Assembly (NCBI GenBank): GCA_904501855.1 | Contig: CAJGCI010000002.1 | Location: 1,182 to 65,181, forward strand | Origin: Oscillospiraceae bacterium | GTDB lineage: Bacteria; Bacillota; Clostridia; Oscillospirales; Oscillospiraceae | DNA length: 64,000 nt | Reading direction: 5' to 3' | Shown: positions 16,540 to 24,842 of the stretch, in pieces | Numbering within the stretch: position 1 is the stretch's first letter | Layout: each line of letters starts with the position of its first letter | Translations under genes and position numbers: made by a program | Notes under the pieces: generated by a model | What the model was told of the DNA's origin: nothing | Seen by the model: the letters and a program-made list of their open reading frames with translations, nothing else | The model's database searches: none

Positions 16540-18438
16540 TTACCGAATATTCATCGGTGTGATGGCAAGATATTCCTCCAGAGGAGCATCATTCAGTGCC
16601 AGTTCAATGATGTTGCGGCCGATGGGATTGAGCCCGTTGGTATTGAACGGGGCAATCTGCTCTTTGATAAAGTCGGTTAGGATCTTCGCACCGGCATCAT
16701 AGCCGTCAAAGCCGACCTTGGACTGCAGCTCCGGACGAAGGAACGTTCTGCGGATATGCTGTCCGTCGATCTTCATGTCGGCCAGGGAATACCCGAACAA
16801 CGGACAGCGTGCTTCCACCAGGTCCTTCATTCGGACATTGCCCGTTCTTCTGGCAAGATATTCTCTCACCAGCCACTCGCCGGCAAAACCGATGTGATAC
16901 GCACCGATATACTGGTTGGGGATCAGCACGTTCAGCGTCGCCTGCGTGTTCATCATCTGGTGAAGGAGCAGGTTTGCCTGGGTGATCTTCTGTCCTGTGG
17001 CGAAGGGCCAGTAGGAACCGACGCCCTCGGCCTTCAGTCCGCTTCCCGCATTGGAATCGGCAATGGAAGGATTCTTGAATCCGCGGGGGCACACCAGCCG
17101 CCACAGCCATGCCAGAGAGATGGGAACGAACTGAACCATTCCCATAATTCCGTAATTGGGATTTTCCACCGTGGAAGGCGGCATGCGGACTCCGAAGGAT
17201 CGGATATTGACTTCCACCGGTTCATTGCCGGGGATGATGTTGTCGATCATCTCCCGGGGGATGATTACCCGGGGATTCGTACAGGGCTTTCCGGTGGACT
17301 CTTCCACATGTTCCCAAATGAGACATGTCGCGCCTGGAACACCATCCATATTGAAGAATTCCAGCGGTTCCGGCGGGTGAATGCTGATCCGCTCATACAT
17401 GGGGCTGTTGCCGTAGTAGTTGTCGCCGTCCATCCGCAAAAACCAGCCGTCTTCCGCGTCCGCAATGACCAGATGTCCGGATCCGTTCTGCATGTCCTTA
17501 TGCGCAAGGACCATATCATCTGCGATCGGATGGATCTTGCAGGTCTCACTGATGGTCAGATAATGTTTCTCGCCGCTGACCGTGTGGGTTCCCACCAGGA
17601 TCTGTCCGTTTTCCTCCTTATGGATCTCCTCCAGCATCTCGCTTTTGCCGCCGCCGGATGCGCCCTCATGCATGAAAACGACTTCATTCTCATACGGTGT
17701 CTCCAGCAGTGCCGCAGATGCGTGGTTGGTGATCCACCCTTCATGCTCGCCGATATCCAGCAGCACGGAGAAAACGCCCTTCTTCGCAGACGGACCGGGA
17801 TACAGATTGTATGCAAACACTTCGTGCAGATCCTCACTGCGCTGATGGACGACTACCTGTTTTCCCTTAAAGTGTGTGACACGGAACGGCGGCGCCACAT
17901 AGATGATGGCGCGTGGCTTGTAGTTCTCCCCGATCTCATGGATGCCCACAAATCCCTGCATGTTGGCAAGAGAAAGAGCGAAGAATGCCGCATTGGAAGG
18001 ACATACCATCAGAGAATCATATCCGTAGTATTTTCCTCCGGCGCGGAAAGGCAGCAGGATCACGCTCTGATCCTTAAACCACTCCATGGTCTCTTTACGC
18101 AGTTTGGAAAACTCATATCCGTAACGGTCCTTAAAATACGGCTTGTCCGACGGCAGATCATCTCCGATGCACATGCAGTCGGGATCGCGGCGGCGCATAT
18201 AGTCTTCCATAAAGTTGACAACCGGGCCGTTTTTGCATCGTACGACCTCCGCTTCTTTAAAAACTCCCTTGCCGGGAATGGTATATGTAACATCGAACCG
18301 GGAGCTGTGTGTGGGTCCGAAACACAGTTCCTCCAGCTGTTCTTTGGTCTCCGGATAACAGCGCCACTGGCAGTTTGTCACAGCGTCGGTCAGGTCCTCC
18401 GGCAGAACAAATCGATTGAAATAGGAATCTATCAACAC
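16540..18438 (-). CDS. P-loop protein resembling the HprK/PEP-carboxykinase fold (likely the DUF4914 family)
   Basis: 632 aa. The Walker A HEGASGGGKSEMLEEI closely resembles the HPr kinase GDSGxGKSE and PEPCK GxSGTGKT loops. GTG start with AAGGTGA about 7 nt upstream. Confidence 0.65.
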   Translation of the reverse strand: MLIDSYFNRFVLPEDLTDAVTNCQWRCYPETKEQLEELCFGPTHSSRFDVTYTIPGKGVFKEAEVVRCKNGPVVNFMEDYMRRRDPDCMCIGDDLPSDKPYFKDRYGYEFSKLRKETMEWFKDQSVILLPFRAGGKYYGYDSLMVCPSNAAFFALSLANMQGFVGIHEIGENYKPRAIIYVAPPFRVTHFKGKQVVVHQRSEDLHEVFAYNLYPGPSAKKGVFSVLLDIGEHEGWITNHASAALLETPYENEVVFMHEGASGGGKSEMLEEIHKEENGQILVGTHTVSGEKHYLTISETCKIHPIADDMVLAHKDMQNGSGHLVIADAEDGWFLRMDGDNYYGNSPMYERISIHPPEPLEFFNMDGVPGATCLIWEHVEESTGKPCTNPRVIIPREMIDNIIPGNEPVEVNIRSFGVRMPPSTVENPNYGIMGMVQFVPISLAWLWRLVCPRGFKNPSIADSNAGSGLKAEGVGSYWPFATGQKITQANLLLHQMMNTQATLNVLIPNQYIGAYHIGFAGEWLVREYLARRTGNVRMKDLVEARCPLFGYSLADMKIDGQHIRRTFLRPELQSKVGFDGYDAGAKILTDFIKEQIAPFNTNGLNPIGRNIIELALNDAPLEEYLAITPMNIR

Positions 18439-18471
18439 AGTATTTCACCTTTTCTTTGTGAGATACTGTCG

Positions 18472-18500
18472 ATTCTACCATCGTTTTTGGTCAAGTTCAA
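18472..18500 (-). promoter_or_regulatory. Sigma-70-type promoter for the DUF4914-like gene
   Basis: Minus strand TTGAAC - 17 nt - TAGAAT, with TGg immediately upstream of the -10 (extended -10). Lies about 30 nt upstream of the start codon. Confidence 0.55.
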
Positions 18501-18642
18501 CGAGTAGATTAACTGAATTCTGTAACTTTCGCCCACTTTGTCTTTGTTGCTATTATCACAGTTTTCCGGCAAATAACGCGATTTGATCCTTTTTTCGCAC
18601 ATATTGTTCCGCAGAGATCCCGGTAACAGGCCAAAAATGCGC

Positions 18643-18680
18643 AAAAAACTGCCTCTGTACCACAACAGATACAGAGGCAG
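18643..18680 (-). terminator. Intrinsic terminator after the galactokinase-like gene
   Basis: Minus strand ctgcctctgta-loop-tacagaggcag (perfect 11 bp) followed by tttttt. Confidence 0.75.
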
Positions 18681-18692
18681 CTCCTATTTTAT

Positions 18693-19769
18693 TCAGATTT
18701 TCAGGACCTGGCAGGAACCGGCTCCGAACCGCGCCTCCATGCCCTTTTTATATTCTTCGAAATACTCGTGGGGCATCAGTGCCTGAACACATCCTGCAAA
18801 TCCGCCTCCGTGGACGCGCCATGCGCCTTTCCCTTCCAGCAGTTTTGCGCTCAGCTCCAGACCTTCTTCCAGCTTGGTATCTCCGGTGGCGCTGGTCACG
18901 ATATTATTCAGATACTGCTCCGAAGATCTGCCCGACGCATTCATAAGCTTCATGTACGTTTCCCCGTCTTTGCGGAGGAGGGCATCTCTCATTTTGGGAA
19001 CACGCTCGTTCTCATCGAAGAAGTGTTTTGCCCTGCGGACCGGCCGGTAGGACACATCCCATTCCCGGGATCGGAACTCCGCCGGATCGACCTCCGAAAG
19101 AACGCCTTTGTCAAAAAGACTCGCGATGTAGGTCATATCGGACGGGATCATCGCATAGGAGGTCTCAAGCCCGGCGTGACTGCCTCCCGTATTGGTCAGG
19201 CACAGTGTCAGGCCCATTTCATCGAATCTCGTTTCAATGGGGAGGATCTCATCGGTAGCGAAGTCCACGTATACACAGGATCCCAGAGAGCTTGCCAGCT
19301 GATCCATCAGTCCGCACGGCTTGCCGAAGTGCTGATTTTCCGCCTGCTGTGCCAGCCGTGCAATCACGATGGGCTCCAGTTTCCCGTCGTTGTAGTAAGC
19401 GTTGAGAATCTTTCCCATCAGCACCGCAAATGCCGCGGAGGAAGAAAGCCCCGAACCCGCCGGCAGATTGCTGGTCACGACCGCGTCAAACCCGCCGATA
19501 TCCAGACAGAAATCCTGCATTGCCGCGGCAACACCGCGAACCAGGGCTCTGGTTGTGCCGAATTCCTCCGGTTTGACATCCAGATATCTCAGACGGATCT
19601 CGTCCTCTCCAAAACCTTCGGACCGAATCCGGATAACATTGTCATTGTTCTTGACGCAGTGGGCTGTAAGACCGGTATCTACGGCAGCTGCAATGACACG
19701 TCCCTTTTGATGGTCGGTATGATTTCCTGCCAGCTCCGTGCGTCCGGGAGCAAAGAAAACATCACTCAT
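18693..19769 (-). CDS. GHMP kinase of the galactokinase family
   Basis: APGRTELAGNHTDHQKG resembles the galactokinase signature GRVNLIGEHTDY, and the GHMP ATP motif PAGSGLSSSAAF is present. 358 aa. There are no galT/galE neighbours. Confidence 0.75.
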   Translation of the reverse strand: MSDVFFAPGRTELAGNHTDHQKGRVIAAAVDTGLTAHCVKNNDNVIRIRSEGFGEDEIRLRYLDVKPEEFGTTRALVRGVAAAMQDFCLDIGGFDAVVTSNLPAGSGLSSSAAFAVLMGKILNAYYNDGKLEPIVIARLAQQAENQHFGKPCGLMDQLASSLGSCVYVDFATDEILPIETRFDEMGLTLCLTNTGGSHAGLETSYAMIPSDMTYIASLFDKGVLSEVDPAEFRSREWDVSYRPVRRAKHFFDENERVPKMRDALLRKDGETYMKLMNASGRSSEQYLNNIVTSATGDTKLEEGLELSAKLLEGKGAWRVHGGGFAGCVQALMPHEYFEEYKKGMEARFGAGSCQVLKI

Positions 19770-19936
19770 TTCTTACCGTTTTTTCCTTTCCTTAAACGCT
19801 AGAATCTCTCGTTTTCCATCCTGTCGTATTTTTCTCTGAATAAATCATATTACTGCCATAAAACAATGTCAATGAACGGTATTTTACAATTCTTTCCTTC
19901 ATTTTGAGTTCTTTTTTTGCATTCTGTCAGCCGTCT

Positions 19937-19959
19937 AGATAGGTGTCTTAACATTATCT
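19937..19959. promoter_or_regulatory. Candidate NiaR operator upstream of pncB
   Basis: Imperfect palindrome agataGGTGTCTTAACAttatct. It shares the GTGTCTT(G/A)ACA core with the site at 22088-22115. Confidence 0.45.
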
Positions 19960-19990
19960 CATTTTTGTCAATGTTTCCCTGCCGTTTTCA

Positions 19991-20019
19991 TTGCTTTGCA
20001 TTCCGGCAAAGGATATAAT
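19991..20019 (+). promoter_or_regulatory. Candidate promoter of pncB-niaR
   Basis: TTGCTT - 17 nt - TATAAT, about 30 nt upstream of the ATG at 20051. Confidence 0.5.
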
Positions 20020-20050
20020 TGATACCATCAAACCTCAAGGAGGTATCCTG

Positions 20051-21511
20051 ATGGACAAGACAAGTAACATTAATTTATCAATGCTGTTCGATTTCTACGA
20101 GCTTACCATGGGAAATGGCTATTTCCAGAACAACATGGGAAATGAGATCTCTTATTTTGATGTGTTCTACCGTTCCGTCCCGGACAAGGGAGGCTTTGCC
20201 ATTGCTGCAGGGCTGGAGCAGGTAATCGATTACATAAAAGATCTTCACTTCAACGAGGAAGATATTGCTTATCTCCGCGGCCGCAACCTCTTCTCCGAAG
20301 GGTTTTTAGAGTATCTGGCAAACTTCAAGTTTACCGGAGATATCTGGGCGGTCCCCGAAGGAACTCCCATCTTCCCCATGGAACCGTTTATGACGGTAAA
20401 GGCTCCCTCGATCCAGGCTCAGCTCATCGAGACTTATGTTCTGCTGGCTCTGAATCACCAGAGCCTCATCGCCACAAAAGCAAACCGCATCGTCCGCGCA
20501 GCCAAGGGCCGTGCCGTGATGGAATTCGGCTCCCGTCGCGCCCAGGGTATTACCGCTGCCGTGACCGGTGCCCGTGCCGCATATATCGGCGGCTGCATCG
20601 GAACCGCCTGTGCGGTCTCTGATGAGATCTATGGTGTTCCCGCACTGGGAACCATGGCGCACTCTTGGGTCCAGATGTTCGACTCCGAATATGAGGCGTT
20701 CGTTGCTTACTGCAAATGCTATCCCAACAGCGCCACTTTGCTGGTGGACACCTATAATTCCCTGAAATCCGGTGTTCCCAACGCGATCCGCGCGTTCAAT
20801 GAAGTCCTGAAACCGCTGGGCATCACAAAATGCGGAATCCGATTCGATTCCGGTGACATGACCTATCTCACCGTAAAAGCACGCAAGATGCTGGATGAGG
20901 CCGGATGGCCGGAATGCAAGATCACCGTATCCAACTCTCTGGATGAACGTCTGATCACGGAACTTCTGCATCAGGGCGCGGCCATCGACAACTTCGGTGT
21001 TGGCGAACGTCTTATTACCTCCAGTTCCTCTCCGGTATTCGGCGGTGTATACAAACTGTGCGCAGTGGAAGACGATGACGGTACCATTATTCCCAAGATC
21101 AAGATCAGCGAAAACACCGCCAAGATCACGAACCCGGGATTCAAGCACACCTATCGGTTTTACGACAAGGAGACCGGCATGGCGGAAGCGGATTATATCT
21201 GCCTCCATGATGAGACCGTGGACGACTCTCAGCCCATCACCATCTGTGACCCCGAGGCGCGCTGGAAAAAGAAGACCTATGACAACTATGTTGCCAAGGA
21301 ACTTCTGGTTCCCATTTTCCAGAACGGCGAGCTCGTTTACGAGATGCCGACGCTCAAGGAAATCCAGGCCTACTGCAAGGAACAGGTGGATACACTCTGG
21401 CCGGAAGTCAAGCGCTTCGACAACCCGCATAACTACTATGTCGATCTGTCCGAAAAGCTGATGGCGCTGAAGGACAAGATGCTTAACGAAAGCTCGGGAA
21501 AGGACTCCTAA
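20051..21511 (+). CDS. pncB: Nicotinate phosphoribosyltransferase
   Basis: LFDFYELTMGNGYF N-terminus, the GTMAHSWVQ motif and a length of about 486 aa. The ATG at 20051 has GGAGG 7 nt upstream; the ORF track starts at an upstream TTG. Confidence 0.9.
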   Translation: MDKTSNINLSMLFDFYELTMGNGYFQNNMGNEISYFDVFYRSVPDKGGFAIAAGLEQVIDYIKDLHFNEEDIAYLRGRNLFSEGFLEYLANFKFTGDIWAVPEGTPIFPMEPFMTVKAPSIQAQLIETYVLLALNHQSLIATKANRIVRAAKGRAVMEFGSRRAQGITAAVTGARAAYIGGCIGTACAVSDEIYGVPALGTMAHSWVQMFDSEYEAFVAYCKCYPNSATLLVDTYNSLKSGVPNAIRAFNEVLKPLGITKCGIRFDSGDMTYLTVKARKMLDEAGWPECKITVSNSLDERLITELLHQGAAIDNFGVGERLITSSSSPVFGGVYKLCAVEDDDGTIIPKIKISENTAKITNPGFKHTYRFYDKETGMAEADYICLHDETVDDSQPITICDPEARWKKKTYDNYVAKELLVPIFQNGELVYEMPTLKEIQAYCKEQVDTLWPEVKRFDNPHNYYVDLSEKLMALKDKMLNESSGKDS

Positions 21512-21513
21512 CA

Positions 21514-22041
21514 ATGACAGCCAAGGTGCGAAGAGAACGGCTTCTGCAGATTCTTCTTGATTCCTCTTCCCCGGTAAGTGCCACAAAGCTCGCTTCCCAG
21601 TTTGATGTCAGCCGGCAGATCATCGTTGGTGATATTGCTCTCCTGCGTGCTGCAGGAGAACAGATCATCGCAACCCCTCGCGGATACACGATGGCCCAAA
21701 GCCGTCGTCCCGCAGGTTATCTCGGATCTGTCGCCTGTGTGCACGAGGATCCGGAAGACATGCGGCGTGAACTGAATATTATGGTCGACAACGGATGTAC
21801 CGTTGTGGATGTCATCGTGGAACACCCGGTTTACGGACAGATCATCGGGTCGCTGGACATCTCTTCCCGCTACGACGTTACCGTTTTTATGGAAAAGATC
21901 AGCTCGGAACAGGCACAGCCCCTGTCTGCCCTTACCGGCGGGATCCATCTTCACACCCTGTCCTGTGACGGAAGGGAGACCTACGACCGGACCTGCAGAG
22001 AATTGAAGCAGGCAGGCCTGCTTTTCCACGAGAATAGTTAA
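21514..22041 (+). CDS. niaR: Niacin-responsive transcriptional repressor NiaR (YrxA family; HTH plus 3H domain)
   Basis: N-terminal HTH (RRERLLQILLDSSSPVSATKLASQFDVSRQIIVGDIALLR) and a C-terminal His-containing 3H domain (VHED...EHPVYG...IHLHTL). Begins 3 nt after pncB. Confidence 0.85.
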   Translation: MTAKVRRERLLQILLDSSSPVSATKLASQFDVSRQIIVGDIALLRAAGEQIIATPRGYTMAQSRRPAGYLGSVACVHEDPEDMRRELNIMVDNGCTVVDVIVEHPVYGQIIGSLDISSRYDVTVFMEKISSEQAQPLSALTGGIHLHTLSCDGRETYDRTCRELKQAGLLFHENS

Positions 22042-22055
22042 TCTTTTAATTACCG

Positions 22056-22084
22056 TTGACAAACAATACCCTGCCATCTATATT
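22056..22084 (+). promoter_or_regulatory. Promoter of the EIIC-like permease gene
   Basis: TTGACA - 17 nt - TATATT. Confidence 0.55.
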
Positions 22085-22087
22085 GAG

Positions 22088-22115
22088 ATACACAGATGTC
22101 TTGACACCTGTGTAT
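22088..22115. promoter_or_regulatory. NiaR-type operator (28-bp palindrome) overlapping the predicted transcription start
   Basis: ATACACAGaTGTCTTGACAcCTGTGTAT. The outer 8-nt arms are perfectly complementary. It begins 3 nt after the -10 hexamer and lies directly downstream of niaR. Confidence 0.6.
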
Positions 22116-22141
22116 CTTATTGTTTTATGGAGAATAATCCT

Positions 22142-23260
22142 ATGAGCAAAGTTAAAGCATTCATGAAGCGCAAGGACATTGAGATCTCTCTGAAGCGCTA
22201 CGGAATCGACGCATTGGGCGCCATGGCGCAGGGCCTGTTCTGCACCCTGCTGGTGGGCACCATCCTCAACACGCTCGGTTCCCAGTGTCACATCGGATTC
22301 TTAAATGCTCCCATCGTTACCATGGGCAGCGGGGATGCTGCCACAACATATACCATCGGTGGACTTGCTTCTGCCATGGTCGGTCCCGGTATGGCCGTGG
22401 CCATCGGCTACGCGCTGCATGCCCCGGCAATGGTCCTGTTTTCACTGATCCCCGTGGGATTTGCCACCAACGCACTGGGCGGCGCAGGCGGGCCGCTTTC
22501 GGTATATTTCGTCGCACTGATCGCTTCCGAATTCGGTAAGGCGGTATCCAAGGAAACCAAGATCGATATCCTTGTTACTCCTATCGTCACGATTCTCGTC
22601 GGAATCGGACTTGCCTATCTGATCGCTGCTCCCATCGGACGCGCGGCAACGGCAATCGGTTACTTTATCATGTGGGCAACCGAGCTTCGGCCGTTCCTCA
22701 TGGGCGTTATTGTCAGTGTAGTCGTCGGTATCGTCCTGACGCTCCCCATTTCCTCGGCCGCCATCTGCGCAGCTTTTTCCCTGACCGGTCTTGCCGGCGG
22801 CGCTGCGGTTGCCGGGTGCTGTGCCAATATGATCGGATTTGCTGTTATGTCCTTTAAAGAAAACCGCTGGGGTGGTCTGGTCTCTCAGGGACTGGGAACC
22901 TCCATGCTTCAGATGGGCAACATCGTGCGCAATCCGAAGATCTGGATTCCGCCCATTATCGCCTCCGCGATCACCGGACCCATCGCCACCTGTCTGTTCA
23001 AAATGGAAATGAACGGCACCCCGGTTTCCTCCGGAATGGGTACCTGCGGACTTGTCGGCCCCATCGGTGTATGGACCGGCTGGGTCACTCCCAGTGAGGC
23101 CGCCATTGCCAACGGCGCTTCCGCTATCACGCCCAACGCCATGAACTGGCTCGGTATGATCCTGATCTGTTTCGTTCTTCCTGCAATCCTCTCCTGGATT
23201 TTCGGGCAGATCGCAAGAAAGATCGGCTGGATCCGCGAAGGAGATCTGACGCTGGAATAA
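22142..23260 (+). CDS. Polytopic membrane protein, PTS EIIC-like permease without partner EIIA/EIIB genes
   Basis: About 370 aa, Gly/Ala-rich, with about 10 TM segments. The N-terminal amphipathic segment KAFMKRKDIEISLKRYGIDALGAMAQG resembles the stand-alone EIIC_2-type family. The ATG at 22142 has GGAG 10 nt upstream. Confidence 0.55.
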   Translation: MSKVKAFMKRKDIEISLKRYGIDALGAMAQGLFCTLLVGTILNTLGSQCHIGFLNAPIVTMGSGDAATTYTIGGLASAMVGPGMAVAIGYALHAPAMVLFSLIPVGFATNALGGAGGPLSVYFVALIASEFGKAVSKETKIDILVTPIVTILVGIGLAYLIAAPIGRAATAIGYFIMWATELRPFLMGVIVSVVVGIVLTLPISSAAICAAFSLTGLAGGAAVAGCCANMIGFAVMSFKENRWGGLVSQGLGTSMLQMGNIVRNPKIWIPPIIASAITGPIATCLFKMEMNGTPVSSGMGTCGLVGPIGVWTGWVTPSEAAIANGASAITPNAMNWLGMILICFVLPAILSWIFGQIARKIGWIREGDLTLE

Positions 23261-23276
23261 GTTTTCTCATAGCCAT

Positions 23277-23313
23277 CTGCCGCAGAGAGCATCTTCTCTG
23301 CGGCAGTTTTTTT
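23277..23313 (+). terminator. Intrinsic terminator after the permease gene
   Basis: Perfect 12-bp stem ctgccgcagaga/tctctgcggcag followed by ttttttt. Confidence 0.8.
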
Positions 23314-23374
23314 GTCCCGACACAATATACAACACGGCATTTTCAGTAGCCGATCAATTCCAACGGTTTGTACA

Positions 23375-23403
23375 TTGACTTTAGCGCGCTAATGTGCTAC
23401 TCT
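23375..23403 (+). promoter_or_regulatory. Candidate his operon promoter with an embedded 12-bp perfect palindrome
   Basis: TTGACT - 17 nt - TACTCT with TGc (extended -10). The spacer begins with TTAGCGCGCTAA (23381-23392), a perfect palindrome. Confidence 0.45.
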
Positions 23404-23439
23404 GCTAATCAAGTAACACAACATCTGAGAGGTGATCCC

Positions 23440-23745
23440 ATGGGTTTACCAGAAACCGAACAGCTTCATATGCTGTTTCAATCCATTCTGGCTCTGAAAA
23501 ACGAAGACGAGTGCCGCCGCTATTTTGAAGACCTCTGTACCATCAAGGAAGCTCAGGATCTGGCGCAGCGGCTGGACATAGCCCGCCGGCTGGCCAGAGG
23601 CGATTCCTATAACGAGACCGCACATCAGACCGGCGCCAGTTCCGCCACTATCAGCCGTGTGAACCGCTGTCTGGAATACGGCGCGCAGGGCTATGCCCTG
23701 ATCCTGGACCGCCTGCCGAAACTTGAACCAAAGGAAGAAACGTGA
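23440..23745 (+). CDS. yerC: YerC/YecD family TrpR-like DNA-binding protein (putative his operon regulator)
   Basis: About 100 aa with FEDLCTIKEAQDLAQRLDIARRL...ETAHQTGASSATISRVNRCL (TrpR-like HTH). Its stop overlaps the hisZ start (GTGA). Confidence 0.8.
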   Translation: MGLPETEQLHMLFQSILALKNEDECRRYFEDLCTIKEAQDLAQRLDIARRLARGDSYNETAHQTGASSATISRVNRCLEYGAQGYALILDRLPKLEPKEET

Positions 23746-24842
23746 GTATGAATACTACTGTCAGCGAAGACCAGATCCGTTCCCGGCTGATCCTGCTGTA
23801 TCAGTCTTACGGGTATCTGCCCTACAAAGTAAATAAATTCGAGGAATACGACCTGTATGCACAGTATAAGAATTTTCTTGCATGCAAGCAGATCCTCACG
23901 TTCAGTGATACCGACGGACGTCTCATGGCCTTAAAACCGGACGTGACCCTGTCGGTTATCAAAAGCGCCTCGGACCGCTGTCCTGTACATAAGGTCTTTT
24001 ACAACGAGAATGTCTACCGTGTTCCGGAAGACGGTGACGGCTTCAGCGAGATCCCCCAAACGGGACTGGAGTGCATCGGCGAAATCGGTCTTTATGAATC
24101 CGCCGAAGTGGTCATGCTTGCCGCCAGAAGTCTGGAGAGCATCCATTCTTCCTATGTCCTGAACCTGTCCCACATCGGGGTCGTCTCCGGAATCCTGAAT
24201 CAGGCCGGCATCCGACCGGAAGATCAGCCCGAATTCTTTGCTGTGCTCGGTGCCAAAAACGGTCCTGCGCTGACAGATCTGTGCCGTCGCTTTGACATGG
24301 AATCTCAGGCCGTTTCGAATCTCGTGATGTTAACAGAACTGTACGGTCCGACCGAGGAGGTTCTGGCGCAGCTGAACGCCCTTCCCCTTCCGGAGGAAAG
24401 CCGTTGCGCAGTGGAGGAGCTGAAGGAACTTGACGCTCTTCTCAAGGCATTCGGGCCGTCCCGCATCCATCTGGATTTTTCCGTTGTGGATGATATCGAA
24501 TACTATAACGGCATCGTGTTTGCAGGATTCATCGAAGGCATTTCCTCCAGTGTTCTCTCCGGAGGAAAGTATGATCGTCTGGTTTCGCGCATGAACAGGT
24601 CCGGTGGCGCTGTGGGCTTTGCCGTTTATTTCAACACACTGGAGCCGCTTTGGTTCACGGAGAAGGAATTCGATTTTGATGTCGTTCTGGTCTGTCCCTC
24701 CGAATCGGACCTGCCGCTTGCGATCCGGGAAGCCAACCGCTGCATTGCAGCCGGAGAGACCGTCCGCGTTCAATGCTCGGAACCCAAGGGCTTCTCGTTC
24801 CGGACCAGATATGATGTGAGAAACGGGGCGGTGGAATCATGA
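23742..24842 (+). CDS. hisZ: ATP phosphoribosyltransferase regulatory subunit
   Basis: HisRS-like paralogue without an anticodon-binding domain. Lies immediately upstream of a short-form hisG, with which it overlaps. Confidence 0.85.
   Translation: MSMNTTVSEDQIRSRLILLYQSYGYLPYKVNKFEEYDLYAQYKNFLACKQILTFSDTDGRLMALKPDVTLSVIKSASDRCPVHKVFYNENVYRVPEDGDGFSEIPQTGLECIGEIGLYESAEVVMLAARSLESIHSSYVLNLSHIGVVSGILNQAGIRPEDQPEFFAVLGAKNGPALTDLCRRFDMESQAVSNLVMLTELYGPTEEVLAQLNALPLPEESRCAVEELKELDALLKAFGPSRIHLDFSVVDDIEYYNGIVFAGFIEGISSSVLSGGKYDRLVSRMNRSGGAVGFAVYFNTLEPLWFTEKEFDFDVVLVCPSESDLPLAIREANRCIAAGETVRVQCSEPKGFSFRTRYDVRNGAVES

Noticed and set aside
16756-18507. 583-aa ORF on the plus strand, antisense to the DUF4914-like gene
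   Set aside because: Its composition is Arg/His/Gly-rich and motif-free, typical of a shadow frame. The opposite strand has a Walker A motif, an RBS, a promoter and a terminator.
23314-23440. Possible T-box or leader-peptide attenuator ahead of the his operon
   Set aside because: The untranslated region after the predicted promoter is only about 30 nt. It has no His-codon-rich mini-ORF, no specifier or T-box sequence and no terminator.
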